The notes: a model not told the origin generated them from the sequence alone. Counted from the first letter of the stretch, positions 18,758-28,615 are shown. The stretch is 64,000 nt of DNA from Alphaproteobacteria bacterium (GCA_965248835.1 CBDFLJ010000001.1:1536001-1600000), one strand, 5' to 3'. Program-made: numbers and translations.

Positions 18758-19004
18758 CGCTCCTTGCCGGCGACCCTAGCGGCCGCTCTCTCCGCGCTCA
18801 ACCGGCCGCGCTATTCCCGTCGGGTCGATTTCCGTGGCGATCGGTCGGCAAGGCAAAGCCGATCTGACGACTGCTCAGAGATGGCCGGTTGACCGGCGCT
18901 CGGGCGCGCCGGTATCGTTTTCGATGGACGTCGCCGGGATTCGGCGTGCTTGCGGTCGTCTCGGCGATTGACCGATCGGACGAAAGACTTGGGGAGAGGA
19001 CACG

Positions 19005-19379
19005 ATGAAAAGAGGTGTTTGGGCGATCGCCGGGCTGGTCCTGCTCGCCTGTTCGTCATGGGCATCCGCGCAAGACTTTCTCTCGAAATCCGAGATCAAA
19101 AATCTCTATTCCGGACTGACGATCGATGGGACCAGTCGACGCGGTGGCGCGATGACACATTATTTCCGCGGTGACGGCAGCCTTTTGATTGACATCGCCC
19201 GACGGGGTGGTCACCTCATGTTAGAGACGAAATGGCGGGTCACTGACGACGCTGCGGTCTGCTGGGAGAGCTTCGGCGACCGGCAGTTTTGCAACAAGGT
19301 GAAGAAAGCGGGCGAGGGATACGAATTCTACGGTCGGGGAGGCCAGAAAATCCCTGGATTCTGGAAACCTCGGCTGTAA
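19005..19379 (+). CDS. Small secreted hypothetical protein (possibly DUF995-like)
   Basis: GGAGAGG RBS; signal peptide MKRGVWAIAGLVLLACSSWASA; LSKSEIKNLYSGLT...KWRV...VCW. Confidence 0.65.
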   Translation: MKRGVWAIAGLVLLACSSWASAQDFLSKSEIKNLYSGLTIDGTSRRGGAMTHYFRGDGSLLIDIARRGGHLMLETKWRVTDDAAVCWESFGDRQFCNKVKKAGEGYEFYGRGGQKIPGFWKPRL

Positions 19380-19535
19380 CCGCCATTCGCGCTTCCCGAG
19401 ATCCGACCCGCGGCACGTCCTGAGCGCTCCTTCCAACCGATCCCCGCATCTTGGCAAGGACGGGCGCCCGCGAGTCGCCAGCAGATCTCTTGTGCTATAC
19501 AGGCGCTCGTGCGTGACGGAAGGAGACCTGTCTAG

Positions 19536-20396
19536 ATGCGATATGAGGCCCCGGAGACGCTGGAGGCCGCGACCGCGCTGCTCGCCGGCGCGGACGGCGA
19601 GGCGCGGGTGCTGGCCGGCGGCACGGACCTGTTGATCCAGATGCGCGGCGATTTGGTCGAGCCCGACCTGGTGGTCGACGTCAAGAACATCGCCGAGCTG
19701 CGCACCCTGGCCGACGACGGCGGGCGCTACCGGCTGGGTGCCGCCGTCACCGGTATGGAGGTGATGGAGCACGCGGGCTTCAACGCCGCCTGGCCGGGCG
19801 TGGTCGACGGGGTGAAGTTGATCGGCTCGATCCAGGTGCGGGGCCGCGCGACGGTGGGCGGCAATCTGTGCAACGCCTCGCCCGCGGCGGACAGCGTGCC
19901 GGCGCTGATCGCCGCCGGCGCGGTGGCCGCGATCGCCGGGCCCGACGGGCGCCGCGAGATGCCGGTCGAGGACGTCGCGACAGGGCCGGGCCTGACCTCG
20001 CTCGCCAAGGGCGAGATCGTGGTTTCTTTCCTGTTCCCCGAACGCCCGCCGCGCTCGGGCGACTGCTATTTGCGCTTCACGCCGAGGACCGAGATGGACA
20101 TCGCCGTGGTGGGGGTCGGGGTGTGCCTGACGCTCGCTCCCGACGGGACCTGCACGGCTGCCAGGGTGTCGCTCGGGGCGGTCGCCGAACGCGCGCTGCT
20201 GGTCGAAGAGGCCGCCGCGGCGCTGATCGGCAGCAGGCTCGAGGATGGCGCGCTCGCCCGCCTGGCGGACGCGGCCAGCGCCGCCTGCCGGCCGATCGAC
20301 GACAAGCGGGGGACGATCGAATTCAGGACACAGGTCGCGGGCGTGCTGGCCGAGCGGGCCGCGCGGATCGCAGCAGAACGGGCGGGACGGAACTGA
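19536..20396 (+). CDS. Xanthine dehydrogenase family FAD-binding subunit (CoxM-like)
   Basis: LAGGTDL, IGSIQVRGRATVGGNLCNASPAAD, PIDDKRGT. Confidence 0.92.
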   Translation: MRYEAPETLEAATALLAGADGEARVLAGGTDLLIQMRGDLVEPDLVVDVKNIAELRTLADDGGRYRLGAAVTGMEVMEHAGFNAAWPGVVDGVKLIGSIQVRGRATVGGNLCNASPAADSVPALIAAGAVAAIAGPDGRREMPVEDVATGPGLTSLAKGEIVVSFLFPERPPRSGDCYLRFTPRTEMDIAVVGVGVCLTLAPDGTCTAARVSLGAVAERALLVEEAAAALIGSRLEDGALARLADAASAACRPIDDKRGTIEFRTQVAGVLAERAARIAAERAGRN

Positions 20397-20872
20397 TGGC
20401 GCGTTATCACATCAACACCACCATCAACGGCGATGCGGTCGATTTCCTGTGCGAGGGCGACCAGACGCTGCTGTCGGTGCTGCGCGACGAGCTGCAGATG
20501 ACCGGCACCAAGGAAGGCTGCGGCACCGGCGATTGCGGGGCGTGCTCGGTGACCGTCGACGGACGGCTGCTGTGCTCCTGCCTGATGCTGGGCGTCGAGA
20601 TCGAGGGCAGGTCGGTGGCGACCATCGAGGGCATGGCCGAGGGCGAGCGCCTGCACCCGCTGCAGCAAAAGTTCCTCGAGCACGCGGCGCTGCAATGCGG
20701 GATCTGCACGCCGGGGATCCTGGTCGCCGCACGCGCGCTGCTCGAGACCAACCCCGATCCGAGCGAAACCGAAATCCGTTACGGGCTCGCCGGCAACCTG
20801 TGCCGTTGCACCGGCTATCACAAGATCGTCGAGGCGGTCCAGGACGCGGCCGCCGAAATGAGAGGACGCTGA
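20396..20872 (+). CDS. Xanthine dehydrogenase family 2Fe-2S subunit (CoxS-like)
   Basis: GTKEGCGTGDCGACSV, CSCL, LQCGICTPG, GNLCRCTGY; TGATG coupling at 20394-20398. Confidence 0.93.
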   Translation: MARYHINTTINGDAVDFLCEGDQTLLSVLRDELQMTGTKEGCGTGDCGACSVTVDGRLLCSCLMLGVEIEGRSVATIEGMAEGERLHPLQQKFLEHAALQCGICTPGILVAARALLETNPDPSETEIRYGLAGNLCRCTGYHKIVEAVQDAAAEMRGR

Positions 20873-20874
20873 TC

Positions 20875-23175
20875 ATGGCCACGATGCTCAAATATGAGGA
20901 GAAGGACCTCAAGGTCGTCGGCACGAGGCCGATCCGCCCGGACGGCGTGGACAAGGTGACCGGCCGCGCCCGCTACGGTGCGGACATCAACCTGCCGGGC
21001 CAGCTCTTCGGCCGGGTGATCAGGAGCCCGCACGCCCATGCGCGGCTGCTGTCGATCGATACCGCGGCGGCCGAAGCGCTGGCGGGCGTCAAGGCGGTGG
21101 TCACGCGCGACGACTTCCCGGAGATGCCGGTCGAGTACGCGGCTGCGGGCGAGCTGATCGTCAATTTCCGCGACGTGACCCGCAACATGATGGCGCGCGA
21201 GAAGGTGCTCTATGACGGCCACCCCGTGGCGGCGGTCGCTGCAATCTCCGATGCTATCGCGCGCAAGGCGCTCAAGCTGATCAGGGTCGAATACGAAGTG
21301 CTGCCGCATGTCATCGACGTGGTCGACGCGATGAAGGACGATGCGCCGCTGCTGCACGAGGACCAGATCACCATCGGCGTCGAGCCGCCGCCCGACAGGC
21401 CCTCCAACATCGCCAAGCGAGTCCAGTTCGCAACCGGCGACATCGAGGCCGGCTTCCGGGAGGCCGACCTGGTCATCGAGCGCGAGTTCCACACCAAGCC
21501 GGTCCACCAGGGCTATATCGAGCCGCAGGCTTCGATCGCCACCTACAGCGAGGACGGCCAGGTCGAGCTGTGGACGGCGACCCAGGGCCATTTCGTCATC
21601 CGCGCGCAATGCGCGAAGCTGCTGCAGATGGACATCTCCAAGATCCGCGTCATCCCGACCGAGCTCGGCGGCGGGTTCGGCGGAAAGAACAACGTCTATC
21701 TCGAGCCGCTCGCCATCGCGCTGTCCAAGAAATCCAACCGGCCGGTCAAGATGGTGATGAGCCGCGAGGACGTGTTCCGCTCGACCGGACCGACCTCGGG
21801 CGCGCATACCCGCATCAAGATGGGCTGCACCAGAGACGGCCGCATCACCGCGGCGGAAGCCCAGCTCGACTTCCAGGCCGGCGCCTTCCCCGGCTCCTCG
21901 GTGCCGATGGCCTCGATGTGTGCGTTCACCCGCTACGATCTGGAGAACGTCAAGGTCGTCGGCAACGACGTGACGGTCAACCGGCCCAAGGTTGCGGCCT
22001 ATCGCGCGCCGGGCGCGCCGATCGCGGTCTTCGGCGTCGAGAGCATCCTCGACGAGATGGCGCGCGCGTTCGATATCGATCCGATCGACATCCGGCTCAA
22101 GAACGCCGCCAAGGAAGGCACCAAGGCCTATTACGGCCCGACCTTGGGCCCGATCGGCTATATCGCGACGCTGGAGAGGGCCAAGGCGCACCCGCAGCTC
22201 AGCATCCCGCTCGGCCCCAACCAGGGCCGCGGCATCGCCACCGGTTTCTGGTTCAACATCGGCAACGAGACCACCTCGGCGCTGAACGTGAACGAGGATG
22301 GCACGGTCGCGCTGATGATGGGCACCATCGATGTCGCGGGCGGCAGCCGGGCGGCGATGGCGATGATGGTGGCCGAGGAACTCGGCGTCGACGTCGACAA
22401 GGTCCGGGTGAGCATCGGCGATACCTCGGCGCTCGGCTTCAACTTCGTCACCGCCGGCAGCCGCGGGACCTTCGCCTCGGGCATGGCTGCGGTGATCGCC
22501 GCCCGCCAGGCGATCGACACGCTGCGCGCACGCGCTGCCCAGATCTGGGAGGTGCCGGTCGACGGTGTCGTCTGGGAGGACGGCCACGCACGGCCGGCGA
22601 GCTCCAATGTCGGCGAGTTCGAGCCGATGTCGATCGGCGATATCGCGCGCGTCGCCGGCAAGACCGGTGGGCCGATCGCCGGCCACGCCGAGATCAACGC
22701 CCAGGGTGCCGGACCCGGCTTCGGCACCCATATCGTCGATGTCGAGGTCGACACCAGGACAGGGCTGGTCAAGATTCTGCGCTACGTCGTCATCCAGGAC
22801 ACCGGCAAGGCCATCCACCCGGCCTATGTCGAAGGCCAGTTCCAGGGCGGTGCGGTCCAGGGCATCGGCTGGGCGCTCAACGAGGAATATATCTACGACA
22901 AGGACGGTCGGCTGGAGAACCCGGGCTTCCTCGACTACCGCGTGCCGGTCGCCTCGGACGTGCCCTTCATCGACACCGAGATCGTCGAGGTGCCCAACCC
23001 CAACCATCCCTACGGCGTGCGCGGCATCGGCGAGGTGCCGATCATCCCACCCATAGCCGCGATCTCGAACGCGATCCATGACGCGATCGGCATCCGGCTT
23101 CGCGAACAGCCGATGTCCCCGCCCAAGGTCCTCAAGGCCATCGGCGAGAACGGCGCGGGGCAGGGGGCGCGGTAG
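20875..23175 (+). CDS. Xanthine dehydrogenase family molybdopterin-binding subunit
   Basis: DKVTGRARY, RSPHAHA, GGGFGGK, AYRAPG, VEGQFQGGAVQGIG, GVRGIGE; start at ATG 20875. Confidence 0.93.
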   Translation: MATMLKYEEKDLKVVGTRPIRPDGVDKVTGRARYGADINLPGQLFGRVIRSPHAHARLLSIDTAAAEALAGVKAVVTRDDFPEMPVEYAAAGELIVNFRDVTRNMMAREKVLYDGHPVAAVAAISDAIARKALKLIRVEYEVLPHVIDVVDAMKDDAPLLHEDQITIGVEPPPDRPSNIAKRVQFATGDIEAGFREADLVIEREFHTKPVHQGYIEPQASIATYSEDGQVELWTATQGHFVIRAQCAKLLQMDISKIRVIPTELGGGFGGKNNVYLEPLAIALSKKSNRPVKMVMSREDVFRSTGPTSGAHTRIKMGCTRDGRITAAEAQLDFQAGAFPGSSVPMASMCAFTRYDLENVKVVGNDVTVNRPKVAAYRAPGAPIAVFGVESILDEMARAFDIDPIDIRLKNAAKEGTKAYYGPTLGPIGYIATLERAKAHPQLSIPLGPNQGRGIATGFWFNIGNETTSALNVNEDGTVALMMGTIDVAGGSRAAMAMMVAEELGVDVDKVRVSIGDTSALGFNFVTAGSRGTFASGMAAVIAARQAIDTLRARAAQIWEVPVDGVVWEDGHARPASSNVGEFEPMSIGDIARVAGKTGGPIAGHAEINAQGAGPGFGTHIVDVEVDTRTGLVKILRYVVIQDTGKAIHPAYVEGQFQGGAVQGIGWALNEEYIYDKDGRLENPGFLDYRVPVASDVPFIDTEIVEVPNPNHPYGVRGIGEVPIIPPIAAISNAIHDAIGIRLREQPMSPPKVLKAIGENGAGQGAR

Positions 23176-23233
23176 CTTGGACGGCGGCCCCGGGGCCCGG
23201 GGAAAGACCTCTGCGGGCTGACCCGCGGCCGGC

Positions 23234-23812
23234 TCAGACGGCGAGCGCTACCAGCTCCAGGCCGCGGTGGGTGTCGTCGGTGGTCCCGGTCTCCGGGAAG
23301 AAGCGGTTCTGGTTGTAGCCGCCGGGCCGGTCGCTGCGCACGGTGACGGCGACCGAGCGCTCGGCCGCACCCCATTCCGAATGCGGTACCCAAGGGCCGA
23401 TCACATCGACATGGCCGGTCGGCGCCTCGTGGCGGTCGATCAGCTCGAGCGTCGCCTTGCCCGGGGTCTTGCCGCCGTCGGTGCGCTGATAGACATGGGT
23501 GATCTCCGCCCCGTCGAGCACGCCGTAGACGGTCCAGGTATGGGCGTGGTCGTGGATGACGGCCCTGTGGTTCGGCTCGCGCACCAGGGCGCCGACGAAG
23601 AAGCCGTGATCGGTATCGTGGTGGAGGACGTATTCGCGGCCCTTCTTCGCCGTCCAGGCCCGCGAGGCCTGGCGCATCTCCCGGTCGGCGACCAGCGTCC
23701 GGAGCAGGTCCCTGACGCCCTTCCAATGATCGTCTTCGGGCAGGCCGGCGGCGAAATGCGCGCGCAGGTCATCGATGAAGCGGGAAAAGGCGGGGACCGC
23801 GTAGCGCGCCAT
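23234..23812 (-). CDS. Cysteine dioxygenase-like cupin
   Basis: IHDHAHTWTVYGVLDG.E...PHSE three-His cupin motif; RBS AGGAGG; start at ATG 23812. Confidence 0.7.
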   Translation of the reverse strand: MARYAVPAFSRFIDDLRAHFAAGLPEDDHWKGVRDLLRTLVADREMRQASRAWTAKKGREYVLHHDTDHGFFVGALVREPNHRAVIHDHAHTWTVYGVLDGAEITHVYQRTDGGKTPGKATLELIDRHEAPTGHVDVIGPWVPHSEWGAAERSVAVTVRSDRPGGYNQNRFFPETGTTDDTHRGLELVALAV

Positions 23813-23861
23813 CGTTTGCCTCCTGTCGGACCGGACCGACGCGGTCCGGTCGGAACATGGT

Positions 23862-25049
23862 CTATACCAGCGGGTTGGTCGGCTGCAGGCCGAAGGCGAC
23901 CTGGCCGTAGATAGGCCCGGAAATGTCCCAGCTATTGATGTGGTGGGCGCCGATTGCGTGGATGTCGGCGTGCATCCGGCGCATCGCGTTGCCGTCGAAA
24001 AGACCGTTCGCGCCGACGGCCTGGAACAGCCGGTCGGCCGCACGCATGCACAGCACCGCCACATAGGCCATGTCGCGCCGGTTGCGGGCGCGCTGATCGA
24101 GGTCGAGGCGGCCGGCCTCGTGCATGCTCGTCATGGTCTCCTGCGTCGCGCGCCGGAGCAGCAGCCGCGCACAGTCCCGCTCGGCGCTGGACTCGGCCAG
24201 CCGGAGCTGCATCGTCGTCAACTCGGCGTGGCGGAAGCCGCGGGTTGCGCGTTCCTGCGTCCGCTCGGTAAAGCCCTCGATCATCGCATCCAGGATACCG
24301 ATCGCCGGTGCGGCGAGCGAAAACGGCACCGTGGCGATCCGCGGCAGGCGGTAGATCGGCCCCGGATTGATCTGCCCGCCCGGCCCTGCGCCCGCGTTGA
24401 ACAGCGCGACCGGTTGGGCGCGATGCGCGGGCACGAACGCAGCCTCGATAACGATGTCCTTGCTGCCGGTCCCGACCAGCCCGGACACGAACCAGCTATC
24501 GATGATCTCGTAGTCTCGGCGCGGCAGCAGGAAATAGGCCGGCGTGGGCGCCGCCTCCTCGCCCTCCGGCGGGATCGCGCTCTGGACGAACACCCAGGCG
24601 GCGTGATCGCAGCCGCTGGAAAACTGCCAGCGGCCGGACAGGTGGAAGCCGCCTTCGACGCGCTCGGCGCGGCCGGCGGGCATCAGGCCTGAGCAGACCA
24701 GCGCCTCCGGATCGTCGGACCAGATCTCGTCCTGTGCCTCGGCCGGCATCATCCCCATGGTGATCGCGTGGTCGCAAAAGATGCCGAAGACCCACGCCGT
24801 CGAGCCGCAGCCGCGCCCCAGCCGCGAGATGATCTCGATCACCGCATCGAGGTCGAGCTCGAATCCGCCGTAGCGCCCCGGCCGCGCCGCCTTCAGCAGG
24901 TCGGCCTGGACGAGGTCCGCGATCGACCGGTCGGGGACGCGGCGCAGGGTCTCGGTCTCGGCCACCCGCTCGGCCAGTCCCGGCACCAGCGCCTCGGCGC
25001 GCTGGAGCAGCATCCGCGCCAGCGCGGCCTTGTCGGGAATGGCGTCCAT
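23862..25049 (-). CDS. Two-component flavin-dependent monooxygenase oxygenase subunit (acyl-CoA dehydrogenase fold, HsaA/C2-like)
   Basis: ETLRRVP, GCGSTAW, LSGRWQFSSGCDHA.W, SGLVGTGSKD, RMHADIHA; start at ATG 25049. Confidence 0.85.
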   Translation of the reverse strand: MDAIPDKAALARMLLQRAEALVPGLAERVAETETLRRVPDRSIADLVQADLLKAARPGRYGGFELDLDAVIEIISRLGRGCGSTAWVFGIFCDHAITMGMMPAEAQDEIWSDDPEALVCSGLMPAGRAERVEGGFHLSGRWQFSSGCDHAAWVFVQSAIPPEGEEAAPTPAYFLLPRRDYEIIDSWFVSGLVGTGSKDIVIEAAFVPAHRAQPVALFNAGAGPGGQINPGPIYRLPRIATVPFSLAAPAIGILDAMIEGFTERTQERATRGFRHAELTTMQLRLAESSAERDCARLLLRRATQETMTSMHEAGRLDLDQRARNRRDMAYVAVLCMRAADRLFQAVGANGLFDGNAMRRMHADIHAIGAHHINSWDISGPIYGQVAFGLQPTNPLV

Positions 25050-25211
25050 CGGCGGTCTCCTGTGTCCCCGCTGGGGGCGCTCAAGTTGATCCTGACCCGG
25101 CGATGCGGTCGGTTGACCATAGCACGAGTTCACCTGGAAGGGTCGCAGTCACCGGCCCGCACAACGGCTTGGAGATTGCCGCCGCCGGCATTTGCGCTAC
25201 GCTGGAGCGCG

Positions 25212-26279
25212 ATGAAAGCGATCCTGATGCGAGCGTTCGGCGGACCGGACGTCCTGGTTCAGGCCGATGTGCCTGCACCCGAGCCGGCATCCGACGAGGT
25301 GGTGGTCGCGGTCCGCGCGGTGTCGATCAACCGGTCCTTCGACCTTCTGGTCCGCCGCGACGGCAACAGCCGGAATGTGGCCTTGCCGCACGTGCTGGGC
25401 GCCGACCCGGCCGGCACCGTTCACCGTGTCGGTGCCGCGGTCGCGGGCTTCGCACCGGGCGATCCGGTGGTCGCAGCCTCCTCGATCCGCTGCGGCACCT
25501 GCCGGGAATGCCGGGCCGGTGACGAATCCTCCTGTCGCCGGCCTTCGCATATCGGAGTCCACCGCTGGGGCGGCTACGCCGAGCTGGTGGCCGTCCCGGC
25601 CGCGAGCGTCCACCGAATCCCCGGCGGGCTGAGCTTCGCCGAGGCCTGCGTGATCACCCGCCACGCCCCGGCCGCGTTCAACCAGCTCGTCGACAAGGCC
25701 GGGGTCGAGCCGGGCGAATGGGTCCTGGTGATGGGCGCGGCCGGCGCCTTGGGGAACTGCTGCGTCCAGGTCGCCAAGCATCTGGGGGCCCGGGTGATCG
25801 CCGCCGCCGGCGCGGATGCGCGCGTCCGCGCCGCGCTGGCGCTCGGTGCCGACCACGGCATCAATTACCGCACCCAGGACCTGGAAGCCGAGGTACGCGC
25901 GATCACCGACGGCGAGGGGGCCGACGTGGTCTGCGAGAACATCGGCGATCCCGGTCTGTGGGCCGGCGCTTTTGAGAGCCTCGCCCAGCGCGGCCGGCTG
26001 GTGACCATGGGCGCGCACGGCGGCGGCAGGGTCGCGCTCGACGTGCGCAAGCTCTACGGCCGCCGTTTGCGGCTCATCGGCTCGGCCGGCGTCAGCCGGC
26101 GGAATATCGACCAGGCCCTGGAGGCCGGCGCCTCGGGCGCGGTCAAGGCGCTGATCGATTCGATCCACCCCCTGGAACAGGCCGCCCTGCTCCACCGCCG
26201 GCTCGAAGACGATCCCGATGTCCTCGGCAAGATCATCCTCGATCCGGGACTGTCCAACCCTGCGGGAGATGCCCGATGA
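25212..26279 (+). CDS. Zinc-binding alcohol dehydrogenase / quinone oxidoreductase (MDR family)
   Basis: MKAILMRAFGGPDVL, PHVLGAD, structural Zn CGTCREC..G..SSC, GAAGALG; start at ATG 25212. Confidence 0.88.
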   Translation: MKAILMRAFGGPDVLVQADVPAPEPASDEVVVAVRAVSINRSFDLLVRRDGNSRNVALPHVLGADPAGTVHRVGAAVAGFAPGDPVVAASSIRCGTCRECRAGDESSCRRPSHIGVHRWGGYAELVAVPAASVHRIPGGLSFAEACVITRHAPAAFNQLVDKAGVEPGEWVLVMGAAGALGNCCVQVAKHLGARVIAAAGADARVRAALALGADHGINYRTQDLEAEVRAITDGEGADVVCENIGDPGLWAGAFESLAQRGRLVTMGAHGGGRVALDVRKLYGRRLRLIGSAGVSRRNIDQALEAGASGAVKALIDSIHPLEQAALLHRRLEDDPDVLGKIILDPGLSNPAGDAR

Positions 26280-27580
26280 ACCAGGCCGCTTCAACGCAAC
26301 CGATCGCACCGGTCAGCCTCGGCAACGGCCGGGTCCTCTATGCGCCCGGGATGCGGGCCGGCGATTGGGTGTTTGCCACCGGGCACATGGCGCAGGACTA
26401 TGGCGCCGGGATCGCGGCCGCGGTGCTGCGGCCGCGCAGCCCCAATGCCAAGGGCTCCAAACGCGCGCGCGAGGCCGCACGGGTCTTCGACAACGTCGAG
26501 GCCGTGCTCGCGGCCGCCGGCGCCGGGCTCGAGCACATCGTCCGGACCGATCAGTACTACACGACCGTCGCCATGGTGCCGCCGTTTCAGGCCGAGCGGC
26601 GCAAACGCCTGGGTCGGCTGATCCCGCCCAGCACCTCGATCGTCCAGGCCGGTCTGTTGCTGCCGGGCGCCGATCTCGATTGGCAGGTGATCGCGGTCGC
26701 GCCCGGCGGCCCGGCGATCGCGCACATCGACGATGAGGCGCTCCGGGCGCGGCCGACCTCGGGCTACTCGCCGGCGCTCACCGTGGGCGACTTCGTTTTC
26801 GTGCCCGGCAACACCGCGATGGCTCAGGGCGAGGAACCGCGCCGGGACGGCGTCGCGCTGGCCGCTTTGATCGAGCCCGGCCTGCAATGGGGCGGTGAGC
26901 CGATCCGGCGCGAGGCCGAGTTCATCATCACCGAGCGCCTGCTGCCCTCGCTTGCGCTGGCGGGCGTCGGCCCGCAGGACGTGGTCAAGGCGCAGGTCTA
27001 TCTCACCGAGCCCGAGGAATGCGCGGTGCTCGCCGAGGTCTGGCACAGCCATTTCGGCGCGGCCGGGGCCGCCCTGTCGGTCATACCCTGCGCCGCCCGC
27101 GGCCTGGTCTCGCTCGGCGGCAAGATCGAGATCAACGTGCTGGCCCACCGGGGCGGCGCGGCGGCGAAGACCGCCGTCGATGCCGGCGTGGCAACATCCT
27201 TCCACGGCCAGCCCCAGGCGGTCCGCGCCGGCGACCTGCTGTTCCTGTCCGCCCTGCTGGCCATCGACGAAGACGGGCTCTTGCCCGAAGCGGCGGTCGA
27301 TCCGCGCCAGCCCAACCTGACGGACAGCGCCGAGGCCCAGGCGGATGCGATCCTGGAAGCAGCGGACAAGCTGTGCGCCGCCGCGGGCACCTCGCTTGCC
27401 AATGTGGTACGCGCTCAGCAATTCCACATCGACCTCGGTGATTTCCATGCCGTCCATCGCGCCTGGCAACGCCGTCTGCCGGGGCGTCCCATCCCGTACT
27501 CTGCCGTCGAGGTTCCCGGCCCGCTGCCGGTCCCCGGGTGTAGCGTGATGATGGATCTGTGGGTCTATGCGCCCGCGTGA
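26276..27580 (+). CDS. Rid (YjgF/YER057c/UK114) family protein with three tandem domains
   Basis: Three repeats starting YAPGMRAGDWVFATG, YSPALTVGDFVFVPG and QPQAVRAGDLLFLSA, each followed by an (A/L)AG.....VV(R/K) segment. Confidence 0.8.
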   Translation: MNQAASTQPIAPVSLGNGRVLYAPGMRAGDWVFATGHMAQDYGAGIAAAVLRPRSPNAKGSKRAREAARVFDNVEAVLAAAGAGLEHIVRTDQYYTTVAMVPPFQAERRKRLGRLIPPSTSIVQAGLLLPGADLDWQVIAVAPGGPAIAHIDDEALRARPTSGYSPALTVGDFVFVPGNTAMAQGEEPRRDGVALAALIEPGLQWGGEPIRREAEFIITERLLPSLALAGVGPQDVVKAQVYLTEPEECAVLAEVWHSHFGAAGAALSVIPCAARGLVSLGGKIEINVLAHRGGAAAKTAVDAGVATSFHGQPQAVRAGDLLFLSALLAIDEDGLLPEAAVDPRQPNLTDSAEAQADAILEAADKLCAAAGTSLANVVRAQQFHIDLGDFHAVHRAWQRRLPGRPIPYSAVEVPGPLPVPGCSVMMDLWVYAPA

Positions 27581-27642
27581 TACGCCGCCCTCCGGCGGCG
27601 GGATGTGTTAACAGGAAACGGAAACCAACAAGGAGACCCACC

Positions 27643-28566
27643 ATGCGCCTTGCCGTGCCGGATCTGATCTCGAACTCCTATTTCCCGTCGATCTCGGCGG
27701 TCGAGCTGGGCGACTTCGCCGACCAGGGCCTGGACATGAGCCATGAGCTGATTTTCCCCGTCGACAAGTGCTACGAAGCGCTGCGCGACGGCGAGGTCGA
27801 CTTCATCGGCGGCTCGGCGCACGCCACGCTGTCGGCGTTTCCCGGTTGGCAGGGCGCGAAGCTGCTGTGTGCGCTGTCACAGGGCATGTACTGGTTCCTG
27901 GTCATGCGCGCCGATCTCGGTGTCCGCCGCGGCGATGTCGCGGCGCTCAAGGGCAGGCATATCGGTGCTGCACCCTGGGTCGAGTTCGGCTTGCGGCGCA
28001 TGCTGAAACAAGCGGGTATCGACCCGGAGGTCGACGGGGTCGACATCCGCCCGATCCCCGGCACGGTGAAGCCGGGTGTGAGCTTCGGCGTCACCGCGGC
28101 CAGGGCGCTCGAGGACGGCAAGCTCGACGGGTTCTGGGCCAACGGGATGGGCGCGGAGATCGCGGTGACCCGCGGCGTGGGCACCGTGGTGATCGATGTG
28201 CGCCGCGGCGACGGTCCGGCCCAGGCGTTCAACTACACCCAGCCCGTCCTGGTCACGACCGACAGGATGATCGCCGAGCAGCCGGAGACGGCGGCTGCGG
28301 CGGTGCGCGCGATCATCGCCACACAGAACAGGCTCAAGGCCGACGTGGGCCTTGCCACCGGCATCGGCGAGAAGCTGTTCTCGCCCGACGAGGCCAAGCT
28401 GATCGCCGGCGTGGTCGAGCGCGACCTGCCCTATTACGACCCGGCGATTACCGAGGCGTTCGTCGCCGGCATGAACACGTTCGCCAGCGAGATGGGATTC
28501 CTCGACCGCGCGGTGACCTACGACGACGTTGTCGCGCCCGCGTTCCGCCATCTCTGGCAGGTTTAG
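27643..28566 (+). CDS. NMT1/THI5/SsuA-like binding-protein-fold protein, no signal peptide
   Basis: AGGAG RBS at 27631; MRLAVPDLISNSYFP...ALRDGEVDF...LKGRHIGAAP...ALEDGKLDGFWAN. Confidence 0.8.
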   Translation: MRLAVPDLISNSYFPSISAVELGDFADQGLDMSHELIFPVDKCYEALRDGEVDFIGGSAHATLSAFPGWQGAKLLCALSQGMYWFLVMRADLGVRRGDVAALKGRHIGAAPWVEFGLRRMLKQAGIDPEVDGVDIRPIPGTVKPGVSFGVTAARALEDGKLDGFWANGMGAEIAVTRGVGTVVIDVRRGDGPAQAFNYTQPVLVTTDRMIAEQPETAAAAVRAIIATQNRLKADVGLATGIGEKLFSPDEAKLIAGVVERDLPYYDPAITEAFVAGMNTFASEMGFLDRAVTYDDVVAPAFRHLWQV

Positions 28567-28615
28567 AGCAGGGTGCGACCGCGCCGACCCCACTCGCACC
28601 GCCGCCGGTTTCGCG

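Noticed and set aside
19536-23175. Aerobic CO dehydrogenase (coxMSL, with coxG in the window)
   Set aside because: Lacks the AYxCSFR Cu-binding loop; no coxDEF accessory genes
23180-23232. GC hairpins between convergent genes as an intrinsic terminator
   Set aside because: No U-tract on either strand, and GC palindromes are frequent at this composition
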